Shown: piece after piece, positions 10,446 through 20,600 of the stretch | Layout of the letters: each line of letters opens with the position of its first letter | How positions within the stretch are numbered: position 1 is the first letter of the stretch | Assembly (NCBI GenBank): GCA_045586405.1 | Contig: JAZNAG010000104.1 | Span: 716 to 64,715 of the forward strand | Direction of reading: 5' to 3' | Source: Acutalibacteraceae bacterium | GTDB lineage: Bacteria; Bacillota; Clostridia; Oscillospirales; Acutalibacteraceae | Length of the DNA stretch: 64,000 nucleotides | Made by a program: the position numbers and the translations under genes | The notes under the pieces: model-generated | What the model was told of the DNA's origin: nothing | Database searches by the model: none | Seen by the model: the letters and a program-made list of their open reading frames with translations, nothing else

Positions 10446-12143
10446 TTATTTCAATAAGTTTTCCTGTAATTTCTTATAAATATCAGCAAACTCAGACTCG
10501 AAAATTTTCATTACCTTTCTGTCATAAGTAACAAGACCGTTTGTTTCGTCTTCAACATCACTAAGCTGAGTATAAACGGTTGCACAAAGCCCCTTTTCAA
10601 CAAGAGGTAAAACCTCGTTTAGATAAAGATTTCTAAAGGCTTTTGCAAAGTCTTCTCTGTTTTTGAAATTACCATATCCATAAGTGCTGTTGCTATTAAA
10701 CACGTGGTCTTTTATATTAAGAGAATAACCGCCGAACTCAGATATAAAAAGAGGTTTATTGCTGCATTTTACTTTAAGTTTTCTAAAGTATATATGCCTT
10801 GAGTTAAAATCATTTTTCTTAGAATAAAACCAACCGGAAGCCGAATCTATAAATCGGGTATCGTCAAGCGCTTTTAATTTATCATACATACTGTCAGCGC
10901 AAAACTGTCCCCAGCCCTCATTAAAAATTGTCCATTGACAAATACAAGGGTGGTTATACAGTTGATTTACAGTTTTTTTCATTGTATCTATGAACATTTC
11001 ACGGCTTTGGGGGTTATTGTGAGTGTTTTTATCATTCCTTTTAAGAACGCCTATTGTGGGAAGCAGTGTATCTTTAAAAAAGGAATATATACCATTATTG
11101 ACCATATCCTGAAAGACGACCATACCCAGTCTGTCACACTCGCTGTAAAAGAACTCGGGTTCAACCTTAATATGCTTTCTCAGCATATTAAAGCCAAGGT
11201 TTTTCATTTTTAAAATATCATTTGTATATTCAATAAGACTTGCAGGAGTAAAAATACCATCAGAAAAATAGCCTTGATCAAGAACGCCGTGGAAAAAGTA
11301 GGGCTTACCATTTAATAAAAGGCGGTTTTTATCACCAACTTTACCGATAGACAAAGTTCTTAGCGCAAAATATGACTCAACTTTATCCTCCCCTGCCTCA
11401 ATGATAAATTTATATAGATACGGAGTTTCAGGGGTCCACAACTTTGGGTTTTTAAGGTTAACTACAGCTTTACCGTCTATTAAGTATGCAACGATATTTT
11501 CGTCGTCAAATACCGTGATTTTACCATCAGTAATTCCGCAAACATCAATTACGGCAGAGTTTAATGAGGTTGAAATTTTAAGCGATTTTATATAAGTTTC
11601 AGGCACACTTTCACACCAAACGCTTTGCCAGATACCCGAAACGGGAGTATACCACATTCCTTTAGGGGTTTTGCTCTGCTTACCGTAAGGCATAGTTTTA
11701 TCGCTGAGAATATCTTTTACTTCTAAGGTTAATATATTTTCTTTTTTAAGGCTATCGGTTATATCAAATGTAAAAGTGTCATATCCGCCGATATGTTCAC
11801 CAATAAATTTGTCGTTTAAAAATACTGAGCATACTTGGTCAACGGCACCAAAATGCAGCAATACCCGACCTATATTGAAGCCTTCAGGCAGAGTAAACTC
11901 TTTTTTATAATAAAGAGTTTTATCCTCAGAAAAGACCTCACCGATACCCGAAAGCAAAGACTCGGGACAAAATGGCACACGAATTTTTCTGTCGTATACT
12001 ATTTCTTTGCCAACACCAAATTCCCACACACCGTCAAGAGAGAAGAAAGACGCTCTTTTAAGCTGAGGGCGAGGATAGATACTTTCGGTATTTTGGTCAA
12101 TTTTTTCGCCCAACTTTGTAAAAAGTTTATTTGTCTTCCGCAT
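10446..12143 (-). CDS. Glycoside hydrolase family 2 protein (beta-galactosidase/glucuronidase-like)
   Basis: Sugar-binding, Ig-like and TIM-barrel order, with NMLRKHIK...WTIFNEGWGQ (acid/base NE) and ISEFGGY (nucleophile E) motifs. Its ATG overlaps the stop of the upstream MFS gene (TAATG). Confidence 0.8.
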   Translation of the reverse strand: MRKTNKLFTKLGEKIDQNTESIYPRPQLKRASFFSLDGVWEFGVGKEIVYDRKIRVPFCPESLLSGIGEVFSEDKTLYYKKEFTLPEGFNIGRVLLHFGAVDQVCSVFLNDKFIGEHIGGYDTFTFDITDSLKKENILTLEVKDILSDKTMPYGKQSKTPKGMWYTPVSGIWQSVWCESVPETYIKSLKISTSLNSAVIDVCGITDGKITVFDDENIVAYLIDGKAVVNLKNPKLWTPETPYLYKFIIEAGEDKVESYFALRTLSIGKVGDKNRLLLNGKPYFFHGVLDQGYFSDGIFTPASLIEYTNDILKMKNLGFNMLRKHIKVEPEFFYSECDRLGMVVFQDMVNNGIYSFFKDTLLPTIGVLKRNDKNTHNNPQSREMFIDTMKKTVNQLYNHPCICQWTIFNEGWGQFCADSMYDKLKALDDTRFIDSASGWFYSKKNDFNSRHIYFRKLKVKCSNKPLFISEFGGYSLNIKDHVFNSNSTYGYGNFKNREDFAKAFRNLYLNEVLPLVEKGLCATVYTQLSDVEDETNGLVTYDRKVMKIFESEFADIYKKLQENLLK

Positions 12144-13441
12144 TAAATTTTCTCCTTTTTTGCAAACATATTTTGCAAAAATACTATTAAAATTAAGATA
12201 ACGGCAACCACTAAAGCAGTTATAAAAATATTTTCATTCGGTATGAAAGACTGTGTACCGTCATCACCTATTACAGTTTCTGCATTTTTAAGTACAAAAG
12301 CACCTATCTGCGGACCGATAATACCGGGAATAAGCACCTGTCCGAAAATCCTAAGGCCTTGAAACATACCTGCCTTGTTTTCGGGTATTTTATCACGAAT
12401 CATAGCGCCAAATACTGCCGAGCCGCAAAGATATCCGCACATCATAAGAAGTGATCCGATAAACACAAGGGTTGTACCTTTATATAAGAAAAGCAATACG
12501 TAACCGGCACACAGCGATACAAGTGTCGGCAGAAGCGATTTAAAATAGCCCACTTTATCATAAAATCTGCCATAAAAAGCGGTAGCAATAGCTGCTATAA
12601 TTATGGCAGGAGCCATTATCAATACATAATTATCCATCTTTAATGAAACATTATAATACAGTATAAGATAAGGCATAAACACCTGAATTGAAATACCGAA
12701 AACCGCAAAGGAAAGCAGAGTAAAATAGAGTGACTTGTTTTCCTTAATAACACTCGGCCTGAAACCATAAAAGATATTGCCCCAAAAGCTGTTATTTACT
12801 TCACTTCTAACCGTGCTTTCCTCAAGGAAGAAAAGGGTCAAAACGCCAATAACCAGCACAGTAATACCTATTATTAAATATATAGAAGTCCAACTTTCAG
12901 CTTTGTTAAGGTCAAAGCCCATAAAACCGCCGAATACTGCAATAATAGCAAGAAGCGGCATCATAGCGTTGATGCCCTCTGCCGCACCGCGCTTGTTGTC
13001 AGGCACCGACTCGGTAAGCCAAGCATTAAAACAAGCGTCATTGGCACTTGAGCCAAAAAAGGTCATTACACAGTCAAGGATTATTGTAAGAGAAACACCA
13101 ACACTTGCCGCAGATACTACTGCAGGAAACATGCTGTTTATAACATCAATTCTAATAAAAGCAAAACAGATAATTGATATGCCCCAAAGAATATAACCAC
13201 CGCTGATAAATATTTTACGCTTACCGATTTTATCCGACAAAGCGCCGATAATTACAGTAGTTACCGTTGCGGCAACAGCTGAAGCCGTAACCATCAGAGA
13301 TATTTCACCTGCACTGGCGCCAAACATTTTATATATGAATACGTTGAAGTACATATTCTCTACTACCCATGCTATTTGACCAACAAGGCTAAGTATAACA
13401 AGTATGGGCCAGAAAAATTTAGGCAATGACTTAGTGTTCAT
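12143..13441 (-). CDS. MFS transporter, probably the sugar/glycoside importer partner of the GH2
   Basis: About 12 predicted hydrophobic spans. SDKIGKRK loop motif between TM2 and TM3. Translationally coupled to the GH2 gene. Confidence 0.75.
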   Translation of the reverse strand: MNTKSLPKFFWPILVILSLVGQIAWVVENMYFNVFIYKMFGASAGEISLMVTASAVAATVTTVIIGALSDKIGKRKIFISGGYILWGISIICFAFIRIDVINSMFPAVVSAASVGVSLTIILDCVMTFFGSSANDACFNAWLTESVPDNKRGAAEGINAMMPLLAIIAVFGGFMGFDLNKAESWTSIYLIIGITVLVIGVLTLFFLEESTVRSEVNNSFWGNIFYGFRPSVIKENKSLYFTLLSFAVFGISIQVFMPYLILYYNVSLKMDNYVLIMAPAIIIAAIATAFYGRFYDKVGYFKSLLPTLVSLCAGYVLLFLYKGTTLVFIGSLLMMCGYLCGSAVFGAMIRDKIPENKAGMFQGLRIFGQVLIPGIIGPQIGAFVLKNAETVIGDDGTQSFIPNENIFITALVVAVILILIVFLQNMFAKKEKI

Positions 13442-13530
13442 ATTTTTTCTCCCTATAAGTTTTTTATTATTATAACAAATTTATTGTAATAAAGCAATAA
13501 ACCGTTCAAATCGAACGGTTTATCTTTTTG

Positions 13531-14820
13531 TTACTGCTTTTTTACAGCATTTAATTTAGTTGCTCTTCTCTCTTTTACGTGATGAGGAATAGGTTTGATT
13601 TCGCCGGCGGCGGTAAGAGCCATACGTGTGAATACAGGACCGAAAATTTCATAAATCAGTACCGCAAAGAGAGTTATGTTTCTTATAAGTTCACCCTGAT
13701 TACCCAGCTGCATTGCTGTTGTACACATACCAAGAGCAACGCCTGCCTGCGGCAAGAGCGTGATACCAAGGTATTTACAAATGCTTTGAGTACAAGAAGT
13801 AAGTTTTGCGCTGATAAATGCACCAAGATACTTACCGATGGAACGGAAAATTATATATGTTAAGCCTATTAGAACTATAGAGATGCTTGTAAATACATCA
13901 AGTTCCAGTTCGGCACCGCTTATAACAAAGAATATAGCAAACAACGGTGAGGTCCATTTATCGCTTGCCGCCATTAAATCGTGAGATAATGGACATATAT
14001 TACAGAAAACTGTACCTAACATCATACAGGTGAGCAGCGACGAAAAATGCACCGAAACAGGTCCTATATTAAAGTGAAGCATTGAAAGAGAGGCGGTAAG
14101 GAAAACCGCACCGATAGTAAGATTCAGTCGGTTTGTGTTTGAATTGAACAGTTTTTCAAGCTGAGTTAAAACCCAACCCATGATTGTACCGAGAAGCAAT
14201 GAACAAATTATTTCAATAATGGGGTTAACAATTATTGAAATAATATCCATATCACCGCTGACAATAGTTTTTGCTATACCAAAGGACACAGCAAATGCAA
14301 CAAGACCAACGGCATCGTCAAGGGCAACAATAGGTAAAAGAATCTTTGTAAGAGGGCCTTCCGCTTTGTACTGTCTTACTACCATAAGCGTTGCGGCAGG
14401 TGCAGTAGCAGTAGCAATAGCACCAAGAGTAATTGCCTGAGGTACAGAAATAATATCAGGCCGTATATAGTGAATAAAGAGCAAAGCCGCATCAACAAGG
14501 AGCAGCGCAACAATTGCCTGAACTATACCGATTACAAGGGCTTGCTTACCGGTTTTTTTAAGATCTTCCACCCTGAATTCATTACCAATAGAAAAAGCAA
14601 TAAAGCCAAGAGCAACTTCAGATACAAGACCGAGGGATTCAACCTCACCCATACTACCGAAACCGAGGCCGTCAATATGTAATTTACCAAGACAGTAAGG
14701 TCCTATAAGAACGCCTGCTATAAGATAAGCAGTAACTGCAGGAAGCTTGATTTTCTTAAACAGTCTGGTCATAATAAGGCCGGTTAAAAGTGAAATTGAA
14801 ACCGATAAAAGTGTACTCAT
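13531..14820 (-). CDS. Cation:proton antiporter (Na+/H+ exchanger family, CPA-type)
   Basis: Highly hydrophobic 429-aa protein with AYLIAGVLIGPY and LGFIAFSIGNEF motifs typical of Na_H_exchanger proteins. Confidence 0.75.
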   Translation of the reverse strand: MSTLLSVSISLLTGLIMTRLFKKIKLPAVTAYLIAGVLIGPYCLGKLHIDGLGFGSMGEVESLGLVSEVALGFIAFSIGNEFRVEDLKKTGKQALVIGIVQAIVALLLVDAALLFIHYIRPDIISVPQAITLGAIATATAPAATLMVVRQYKAEGPLTKILLPIVALDDAVGLVAFAVSFGIAKTIVSGDMDIISIIVNPIIEIICSLLLGTIMGWVLTQLEKLFNSNTNRLNLTIGAVFLTASLSMLHFNIGPVSVHFSSLLTCMMLGTVFCNICPLSHDLMAASDKWTSPLFAIFFVISGAELELDVFTSISIVLIGLTYIIFRSIGKYLGAFISAKLTSCTQSICKYLGITLLPQAGVALGMCTTAMQLGNQGELIRNITLFAVLIYEIFGPVFTRMALTAAGEIKPIPHHVKERRATKLNAVKKQ

Positions 14821-14952
14821 AAAAATTCATCTTCTTATAATTTTTTAGTGCGCAGAAATTATAACACAACAAACCTTAATATTCAATAAGCAAAGATACG
14901 AAAATCAAGGTAATTTTCGATAGCATTTTGTGAAATTAAACAATAAGTCTCA

Positions 14953-15768
14953 TTAGTATATTTTTGTCTTAATTTCGGACGGCGAATGCCCCATTATTCT
15001 TTTATAAACAGTACTGAAATAGTTTTGATCGTGAAAGCCCACCGAAAGAGCCGCCTCTCTTACCGAACATCCCTTTTGCAAAAGTTCTGTTGCATGACGC
15101 ATTTTTTGATGATTAAAATACTCCATAACGCCTACGCCGGCATAATAATTAAAGGTTTTTTGCATATTTATGGCACTCATATTGCAAAGCGCCGCAATTT
15201 CATCTACCGACAGTCTTTCGTGAAGATGATTTGTCATAGTATTTACTATTTCAATATAGTTCTTTGCTTTTTGTGACATATCACCGGAACGAGAAACAAG
15301 ATGCGACACAAGTTCTATAAGCAAAAGTTCTAGTCGCTTAACATACATAAGATGGGCATCACCCTCTGACTTCTGTCCTACTATAACAAGACCATGTCTT
15401 ATGTTGTAGTATCTGACCGCCAGTTCGTGCAAAGACTTAACGCTTGACACATCGGTTATTTCGCAAACGCTATTTTGTATCTCCGGTATATTTTCCCCTG
15501 TAAAAGTAAATACGCAAACCTCCGCAGGACGACCACCCGTAACGGTAATGTTGTGAAACTGCATTGGATTATGAAGTATCGCCTGACCTGTCGTAAGTTC
15601 AAAAATGTTGGTATCGGCGGCAACGCTTATTGAACCGTCAATAACACATACAAGTTCCCAAAAATCATGTGTTTCGCCTTTAAAACGATAATCTGCCTCA
15701 AAAACCCAGTTATATGTAGTATATACTGCAGTAATATGCGGATTATTAGTTATTTGATGTAAAGTCAT
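14953..15768 (-). CDS. AraC family transcriptional regulator (cupin sensor + HTH)
   Basis: C-terminal AraC HTH (SVGFHDQNYFSTVYKRIMGHSPSE). N-terminal cupin-like region. Divergent from the oxidoreductase gene. Confidence 0.85.
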   Translation of the reverse strand: MTLHQITNNPHITAVYTTYNWVFEADYRFKGETHDFWELVCVIDGSISVAADTNIFELTTGQAILHNPMQFHNITVTGGRPAEVCVFTFTGENIPEIQNSVCEITDVSSVKSLHELAVRYYNIRHGLVIVGQKSEGDAHLMYVKRLELLLIELVSHLVSRSGDMSQKAKNYIEIVNTMTNHLHERLSVDEIAALCNMSAINMQKTFNYYAGVGVMEYFNHQKMRHATELLQKGCSVREAALSVGFHDQNYFSTVYKRIMGHSPSEIKTKIY

Positions 15769-15881
15769 ATCTGCACCACCAAATTATACAAATTCAAAGA
15801 TTAAATATATAATAACATATATATCTTTGAAAGTAAATACCTTAAAATCAAATTATAAAATATCGTTTAGGAGGAAACGTT

Positions 15882-17165
15882 ATGAAACAGTTAACCGCCA
15901 TCGTTATAGGTGCAGGTAGCCGTGGCAAAGGCTACACCGATATAATGGCAAAATGCCCTGAGAAGTTTAAGGTTGTAGGTGTTGCCGAGCCTATCGTTGA
16001 TCGCCTTAACTATGTTAAAGATAAGCACAACATTGAAGAGGCTAATTGTTTTGACACCTGGGAAAAGATACTCGATATACCAAAATTTGCTGATATCGCC
16101 ATAATTTCAACTATGGACCGTATGCATACCGAGCCGGCAATTAAAGCATTAGAGCTTGGTTATGATTTATTACTGGAAAAGCCTGTTGCCCCAACACCTG
16201 AAGAGTGTTCAATGATACTTAAAAAGGCTGAAGAGTGTAACCGCAAGGTAATGGTTTGCCACGTTTTACGTTATACCCCATTCTTTATGAAATTAAAGAA
16301 CATTATTGACAGCGGAACTCTTGGCGAAGTAATTTCAGTGGACCATATCGAAGCTGTTGGCAACCGTCACCAAAGCCACAGTTTTGTACGCGGCAACTGG
16401 GGAAATTCAGAGCGTTCTTCATTTATGCTATTACAAAAATGCTGTCATGACCTTGATATTCTTCAGTGGCTGCTTGGCAAAGAGTGTAATAAAATTCAAT
16501 CTTTTGGTTCACGCAAATTCTTCCGTATTGAGAATGCACCTGAAGGTGCACCCGAACGCTGTACCGAAGGCTGTCCTCACGCCGAAACCTGCTACTATAA
16601 TGCAGTAAAGCTTTATCACGACAGCGATATCAATTGGTTCCGTGAAGCAGCCGCTATGAAACCTAATCCTTCAAATGAGGATGTATGGAAGGCACTTGAA
16701 ACCACTCAGTACGGAAAATGTGTATACAAGTGCGATAACGATGTTGTTGACCATCAGACAGTAAATATGGAATTTGACGGTGGTGTTACCGCAACGTTGA
16801 CTATGAGTGCCTTTACTAAGGGCGGACGCACAACTCGAATTATGGGAACAAAAGGTGAACTGTTTACCGAAATGAATTCAACCGGTGATAAAGCCTTTAA
16901 TTTCTTTGATTTTGAAACCCGTACTTTCCGTTATATTGATGCTGAAATTGCTATTACAGGCGACAGCATTGCTTCGGGACACGGCGGCGGCGACGCAGGA
17001 ATAATAGAAGCACTATACCAGTATCTTACCGACGAACTTAAAGCAGAAGACGTTAGTGAAATTGGTATTTCCTGCCGTAACCATATGCTTGCTTTTGCTG
17101 CTGAAGATGCTCGTCTTTCAGGCACAGTAATAAGCCTTGATGAGTATATTAAAAAATATATGTAA
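15882..17165 (+). CDS. Gfo/Idh/MocA family oxidoreductase
   Basis: IVIGAGSRGKGY Rossmann N-terminus and the EKP motif (LLLEKPVAP). GGAGG RBS upstream. Confidence 0.85.
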   Translation: MKQLTAIVIGAGSRGKGYTDIMAKCPEKFKVVGVAEPIVDRLNYVKDKHNIEEANCFDTWEKILDIPKFADIAIISTMDRMHTEPAIKALELGYDLLLEKPVAPTPEECSMILKKAEECNRKVMVCHVLRYTPFFMKLKNIIDSGTLGEVISVDHIEAVGNRHQSHSFVRGNWGNSERSSFMLLQKCCHDLDILQWLLGKECNKIQSFGSRKFFRIENAPEGAPERCTEGCPHAETCYYNAVKLYHDSDINWFREAAAMKPNPSNEDVWKALETTQYGKCVYKCDNDVVDHQTVNMEFDGGVTATLTMSAFTKGGRTTRIMGTKGELFTEMNSTGDKAFNFFDFETRTFRYIDAEIAITGDSIASGHGGGDAGIIEALYQYLTDELKAEDVSEIGISCRNHMLAFAAEDARLSGTVISLDEYIKKYM

Positions 17166-17167
17166 CT

Positions 17168-17201
17168 AAAAAGTTCCCTCAGTGCAGAGGGAACTTTTTT
17201 T
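17168..17201. terminator. Bidirectional intrinsic terminator
   Basis: aaaaagttccctc-agtgca-gagggaacttttttt. Confidence 0.75.
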
Positions 17202-17736
17202 AATAATCATCGTTGTTTTTTATATAATTTTTTATATATGAGAATGTTTCTTTTTCGCCTTTTTCGCTAAGCATAACAAGAAGTTTTTCAAGAAAATCAG
17301 ATGTTTCATTGTGAATAAATCTATTAGGCTTACCGCGCAAAAAGTATTCAAGAGGATGACTATTTGTATAATTTTTGCCTTGATATATTTTACTTGCCGC
17401 AACCCTGTCACAGAACATTTCAATAACGAAAACAAGAGGCATTTTTATAGGCTCGACCTTTCGCGTTGAGGGCTGATAGTCGGTCCAATATTCGAAATGA
17501 TGTTTGTTTCTGCCCTTGTGGTGCATCCAAGCTGAAGAATAACCTTTTTCAGCCCGTTCGGCTTCGTTAGGACTTTTAGTGCCTAAAAAATAATGAACAC
17601 CGCATAAAAACTCAACAGGGTTATACTTTGAAAGGTCATGTAAAAGACCTCGCCAAAGAATCCCTGCCTTGAAGCAGTGTTTTATTACGCAATTTCTATG
17701 CCTGGTAATTGTTATAAAGTGCTTAAAAAAATTCAC
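17200..17736 (-). CDS. Conserved hypothetical protein, His-rich HD-like motifs (resembles the DUF5662 family)
   Basis: LLHDLSKY and WMHHKGRNKHHFEYW motifs. The family assignment is from memory only. Confidence 0.45.
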   Translation of the reverse strand: MNFFKHFITITRHRNCVIKHCFKAGILWRGLLHDLSKYNPVEFLCGVHYFLGTKSPNEAERAEKGYSSAWMHHKGRNKHHFEYWTDYQPSTRKVEPIKMPLVFVIEMFCDRVAASKIYQGKNYTNSHPLEYFLRGKPNRFIHNETSDFLEKLLVMLSEKGEKETFSYIKNYIKNNDDY

Positions 17737-17800
17737 ACCATCACCCTATATTTTTTGATATTTTTAATTATATCACAAGGAAAAAACATATTCAAGAAAT

Positions 17801-17830
17801 AAAAAACCAAGTCATAAGACTTGGTTTTTT
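17801..17830 (-). terminator. Intrinsic terminator ending the tRNA operon
   Basis: Stem aaccaagtc/gacttggtt, with a T-run on the minus strand immediately after tRNA-Gly. Confidence 0.7.
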
Positions 17831-17906
17831 TGGAGCGGATTACGGGGCTCGAACCCGCTACCTCCACCTTGGCAAGGTGGCGCTCTACCAGATGAGCTAA
17901 ATCCGC
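17831..17906 (-). tRNA. tRNA-Gly (anticodon GCC), encoded CCA
   Basis: The reverse complement is gcggatttagctcatctggtagagc...ccaccttGCCaaggtgg...ggttcgagc...tccgctcca. Confidence 0.9.
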
Positions 17907-17913
17907 AAAATTA

Positions 17914-17989
17914 TGGTGCCTCCGGTCGGAATCGAACCAACGACACGGGGATTTTCAGTCCCCTGCTCTACCAACTGAGCTACAGAGGC
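17914..17989 (-). tRNA. tRNA-Phe (anticodon GAA), encoded CCA
   Basis: The reverse complement is gcctctgtagctcagttggtagagcaggggactGAAaatcccc...ggttcgattcc...ggcacca. Confidence 0.9.
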
Positions 17990-17994
17990 AAAAC

Positions 17995-18071
17995 TGGCGA
18001 CCTGGATGGGGCTCGAACCCACGACCTCTAGCGTGACAGGCTAGCGTTCTAACCAGCTGAACTACCAGGCC
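17995..18071 (-). tRNA. tRNA-Asp (anticodon GTC), encoded CCA
   Basis: The reverse complement is ggcctggtagttcagctggttagaacgctagcctGTCacgctag...ggttcgagcc...gcca. Confidence 0.9.
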
Positions 18072-18078
18072 ATAAAAA

Positions 18079-18154
18079 TGGTGGGAACAATAGGGCTCGA
18101 ACCTATGACCCTCTGCTTGTAAGGCAGATGCTCTCCCAGCTGAGCTATGCTCCC
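18079..18154 (-). tRNA. tRNA-Val (anticodon TAC), encoded CCA
   Basis: The reverse complement is gggagcatagctcagctgggagagcatctgccttTACaagcag...ggttcgagcc...ttcccacca. Confidence 0.9.
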
Positions 18155-18190
18155 ACATCGAACCGCTACCCGTGTACCGGCGACTTTGAT

Positions 18191-18219
18191 ATAATACCAC
18201 AATGACTATTGTTTGTCAA
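18191..18219 (-). promoter_or_regulatory. Sigma-A type promoter of the Val-Asp-Phe-Gly tRNA operon
   Basis: The minus strand reads TTGACA, 17 nt, (TGg)TATTAT, about 35 nt upstream of tRNA-Val. Confidence 0.55.
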
Positions 18220-18253
18220 CACTTTTTTAAAAAAAGTTTTAAAATTTTTTCTT

Positions 18254-19132
18254 TTACTTTTTATCCTTTAAAATCGACTTGATTTCTGAAGGAGTAAAGA
18301 CATAATTTTTGTTGCAAAAATGGCATTCAACCTTAATTTCAGGCATTTCGTCAGCCATAGCAGTCAGTTCTTCTTCACTTATACCGGACAGCATTTTAAC
18401 CGTTCTTTCTCTACTGCACGGACAAACATAAGCGGTATTTTCTTCATATAAAACCTCTGTTTCAAATCCGCTAAGCATTTCAAAAAGAATGTCCTTAACA
18501 TCTTTGCCCTCGTCCATCATAGCAGTAATTGGACGAATGTGTTTTAAATTTTCTTCAAGTTTATCAATAGTTTTATCGTCTGCACCGGGAAGAAGCTGTA
18601 TAATAATCCCCCCCGCCTTTTTAACGGTTAAGTCTGTATTAACCAGCACACCTAAAGAACATACCGTAGGTATCTGCTCACTAACAGCATAGTAAGCCGT
18701 AATATCTTCAGCAATTTCACCCGAAACAAGCGGTACAGAGCCGCTGTAAGGCTCTTTCATACCAACGTCTTTTATAACATAAACCAGACCGTTAGTGCCA
18801 ACAGCGCCGCCTACGTCAAGTTTGCCGTTATCTTTAAGAGGAAGTTCAACCTTAGAATCCCCAACATAGCCGCGAACATTACCTGTAGAGTCTGCAACAG
18901 CCACAACAGTACCTGCAGGGCCTCCACCGTTTATTTTAACGGTTACTGTATGGTCCTTACCCTTCATCATATTGCCCATTATTGAAGTAGCGGTGAGCAG
19001 TCTGCCAAGTGCCGCTGTCATTACAGCACTTGTTTTATGATACTTCTCAGCATTTGCTACAATATCGGTTGAATCAAGGGCGGTTGCCATTACGGCACCG
19101 TCACTTGTAATACATCTAATCAGCTTTCCCAA
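18254..19132 (-). CDS. hslO: Hsp33 family redox-regulated chaperone
   Basis: MGKLIRCITSDGAVMATALDST N-terminus. C-terminal zinc centre CPCS...CHFC. Confidence 0.9.
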   Translation of the reverse strand: MGKLIRCITSDGAVMATALDSTDIVANAEKYHKTSAVMTAALGRLLTATSIMGNMMKGKDHTVTVKINGGGPAGTVVAVADSTGNVRGYVGDSKVELPLKDNGKLDVGGAVGTNGLVYVIKDVGMKEPYSGSVPLVSGEIAEDITAYYAVSEQIPTVCSLGVLVNTDLTVKKAGGIIIQLLPGADDKTIDKLEENLKHIRPITAMMDEGKDVKDILFEMLSGFETEVLYEENTAYVCPCSRERTVKMLSGISEEELTAMADEMPEIKVECHFCNKNYVFTPSEIKSILKDKK

Positions 19133-19134
19133 GT

Positions 19135-19878
19135 TTAGCGTTCCTTTCTGACTACAAAAACGTTTCTTTGTGAGTTCTTCTGCGGTTTACTAAAGGTATT
19201 TTCACCAAATACTTTCAGTACTTTAAAGCCTGATTTTTCAAGCATTACGGTGAGAGTTTTATTATCATAAACTCTCTCAGAAAAATATTCACTGCTTCTT
19301 TCATAAGTACCGTTTTGCTCAACAAAAAAGTCAAGATTTATATCGGTAATTTTACTTTTTTTATCATAAAAATTCTGCCAGACACACATAGTATTATCAT
19401 TTTCAAAAACAAAGCAATTATCTGCCAGAATGTTTTTTTGCTTATATTCGGTATTTACATCAAAAATAAACAGTTTCCCCTGCTCTAAAAACAGCGAAAC
19501 TCTGTTAAAAAAGCGTTGCAGAGTGCGTTTGTCGGTTATATGATTTACGGTATCAAGACAGCATACAGCACCGTCAACGGTACCGTACAAATCCATGTCC
19601 TCTCCCCTTTGGTTAAGAAACAAAACCGAAAGATTTTGCTCTTTTGCCTTTTGGGTTGCAACACTTAACATTTCAGCTGACGGATCAACGGCAATAACGT
19701 CTATTCCCCTGCTTGCAAACTGGAGAGAAAAATTACCCGTACCGCAACCTACATCCAAAAGCAAAGAAGGAATACTGCCATACCTTTCGAAAAGATTTAA
19801 AAGATAATCGGTACGTGATTTATAATCTACATCTGCCGTCAATTCATCATAAAAATTTGAAAACAGCTCGTAACTCAT
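19135..19878 (-). CDS. Class I SAM-dependent methyltransferase
   Basis: LLDVGCGTGNFS SAM-binding motif I. Confidence 0.8.
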   Translation of the reverse strand: MSYELFSNFYDELTADVDYKSRTDYLLNLFERYGSIPSLLLDVGCGTGNFSLQFASRGIDVIAVDPSAEMLSVATQKAKEQNLSVLFLNQRGEDMDLYGTVDGAVCCLDTVNHITDKRTLQRFFNRVSLFLEQGKLFIFDVNTEYKQKNILADNCFVFENDNTMCVWQNFYDKKSKITDINLDFFVEQNGTYERSSEYFSERVYDNKTLTVMLEKSGFKVLKVFGENTFSKPQKNSQRNVFVVRKER

Positions 19879-20163
19879 TTACTCTCTTGTTCTCTCCAAA
19901 ATCGTATTAATAGCGCCTGTGCCGTCGCTCATCATTCTTTTAACTCTGCTTACAGTAGCGGTACTGGCACCTGTTTCTTTAACAATTTCACTGTAAACAC
20001 GTCTTTCTTTAAGCATTTTTGCAACCATATAACGCTGAGCTATTGATAATAGTTCTTTAGTGGTGCAAACATCCTTAAAAAAGTCAGCACATTCAGCATC
20101 ATTTTCTATGCTTAAAATAGCTTTATAAAACAATTCTGCAGTTTTTTTCTCGGAAGGATTCAT
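19879..20163 (-). CDS. YerC/YecD family TrpR-like DNA-binding protein
   Basis: 94 aa. ECADFFKDVCTTKELLSIAQRYMVAKML...ETGASTATVSRVKR matches the TrpR-related YerC/YecD pattern. Confidence 0.8.
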   Translation of the reverse strand: MNPSEKKTAELFYKAILSIENDAECADFFKDVCTTKELLSIAQRYMVAKMLKERRVYSEIVKETGASTATVSRVKRMMSDGTGAINTILERTRE

Positions 20164-20312
20164 AATAATTTTCCTTTCTCTGATATACTAAAAATATTTT
20201 AACAGATTAAAGCGCGAAAGTCAATAAGGCTTTCGTTGTGTTTTTTCTAATTTTATAAAACTAAACTATTGACTTTTTTGTAAAAATATTGTATCATTGC
20301 TAATGTTATCAC

Positions 20313-20399
20313 GCCGCTGTGGTGGAATAGGCAGACACAAGGGACTTAAAATCCCTCGGTAGCAATACCGTACCGGTTCAAGTCCGGTCAGCGGCACCA
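20313..20399 (+). tRNA. tRNA-Leu (anticodon TAA), encoded CCA
   Basis: Acceptor gccgctg/cagcggc. Anticodon loop ctTAAaa within gggacttaaaatccc. Long variable arm and GGTTCAAGTCC T-loop. Confidence 0.9.
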
Positions 20400-20431
20400 A
20401 AAAAAGCAAGTCTTTTGACTTGCTTTTTTTA
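20400..20431 (+). terminator. Intrinsic terminator after tRNA-Leu
   Basis: aaaaaagcaagtc-tttt-gacttgcttttttt. Confidence 0.75.
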
Positions 20432-20533
20432 TTTTTTCGTTAACGCCGAAGAAAATATACGTGACATTTTCTTTATTGAACAGTACCTAAAAGCAGACAA
20501 TTTTTTCGTTCAAAATGACAACACGCTTATATA

Positions 20534-20562
20534 TTGTAATAAACTTAATGTTATGCTATAAT
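20534..20562 (+). promoter_or_regulatory. Candidate sigma-A promoter of the giant gene
   Basis: TTGTAA (20534-20539), 17 nt, extended -10 TGcTATAAT (20555-20562). RBS AGGAAG lies 6 nt before the ATG at 20601. Confidence 0.5.
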
Positions 20563-20600
20563 AAATTATCTATATTTTATTTTAGCGAAAGGAAGATTTT

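Noticed and set aside
17955-18200. 81-aa ORF on the minus strand
   Set aside because: It lies entirely over the tRNA-Phe/Asp/Val genes. The open frame is an artefact of the tRNA sequence.
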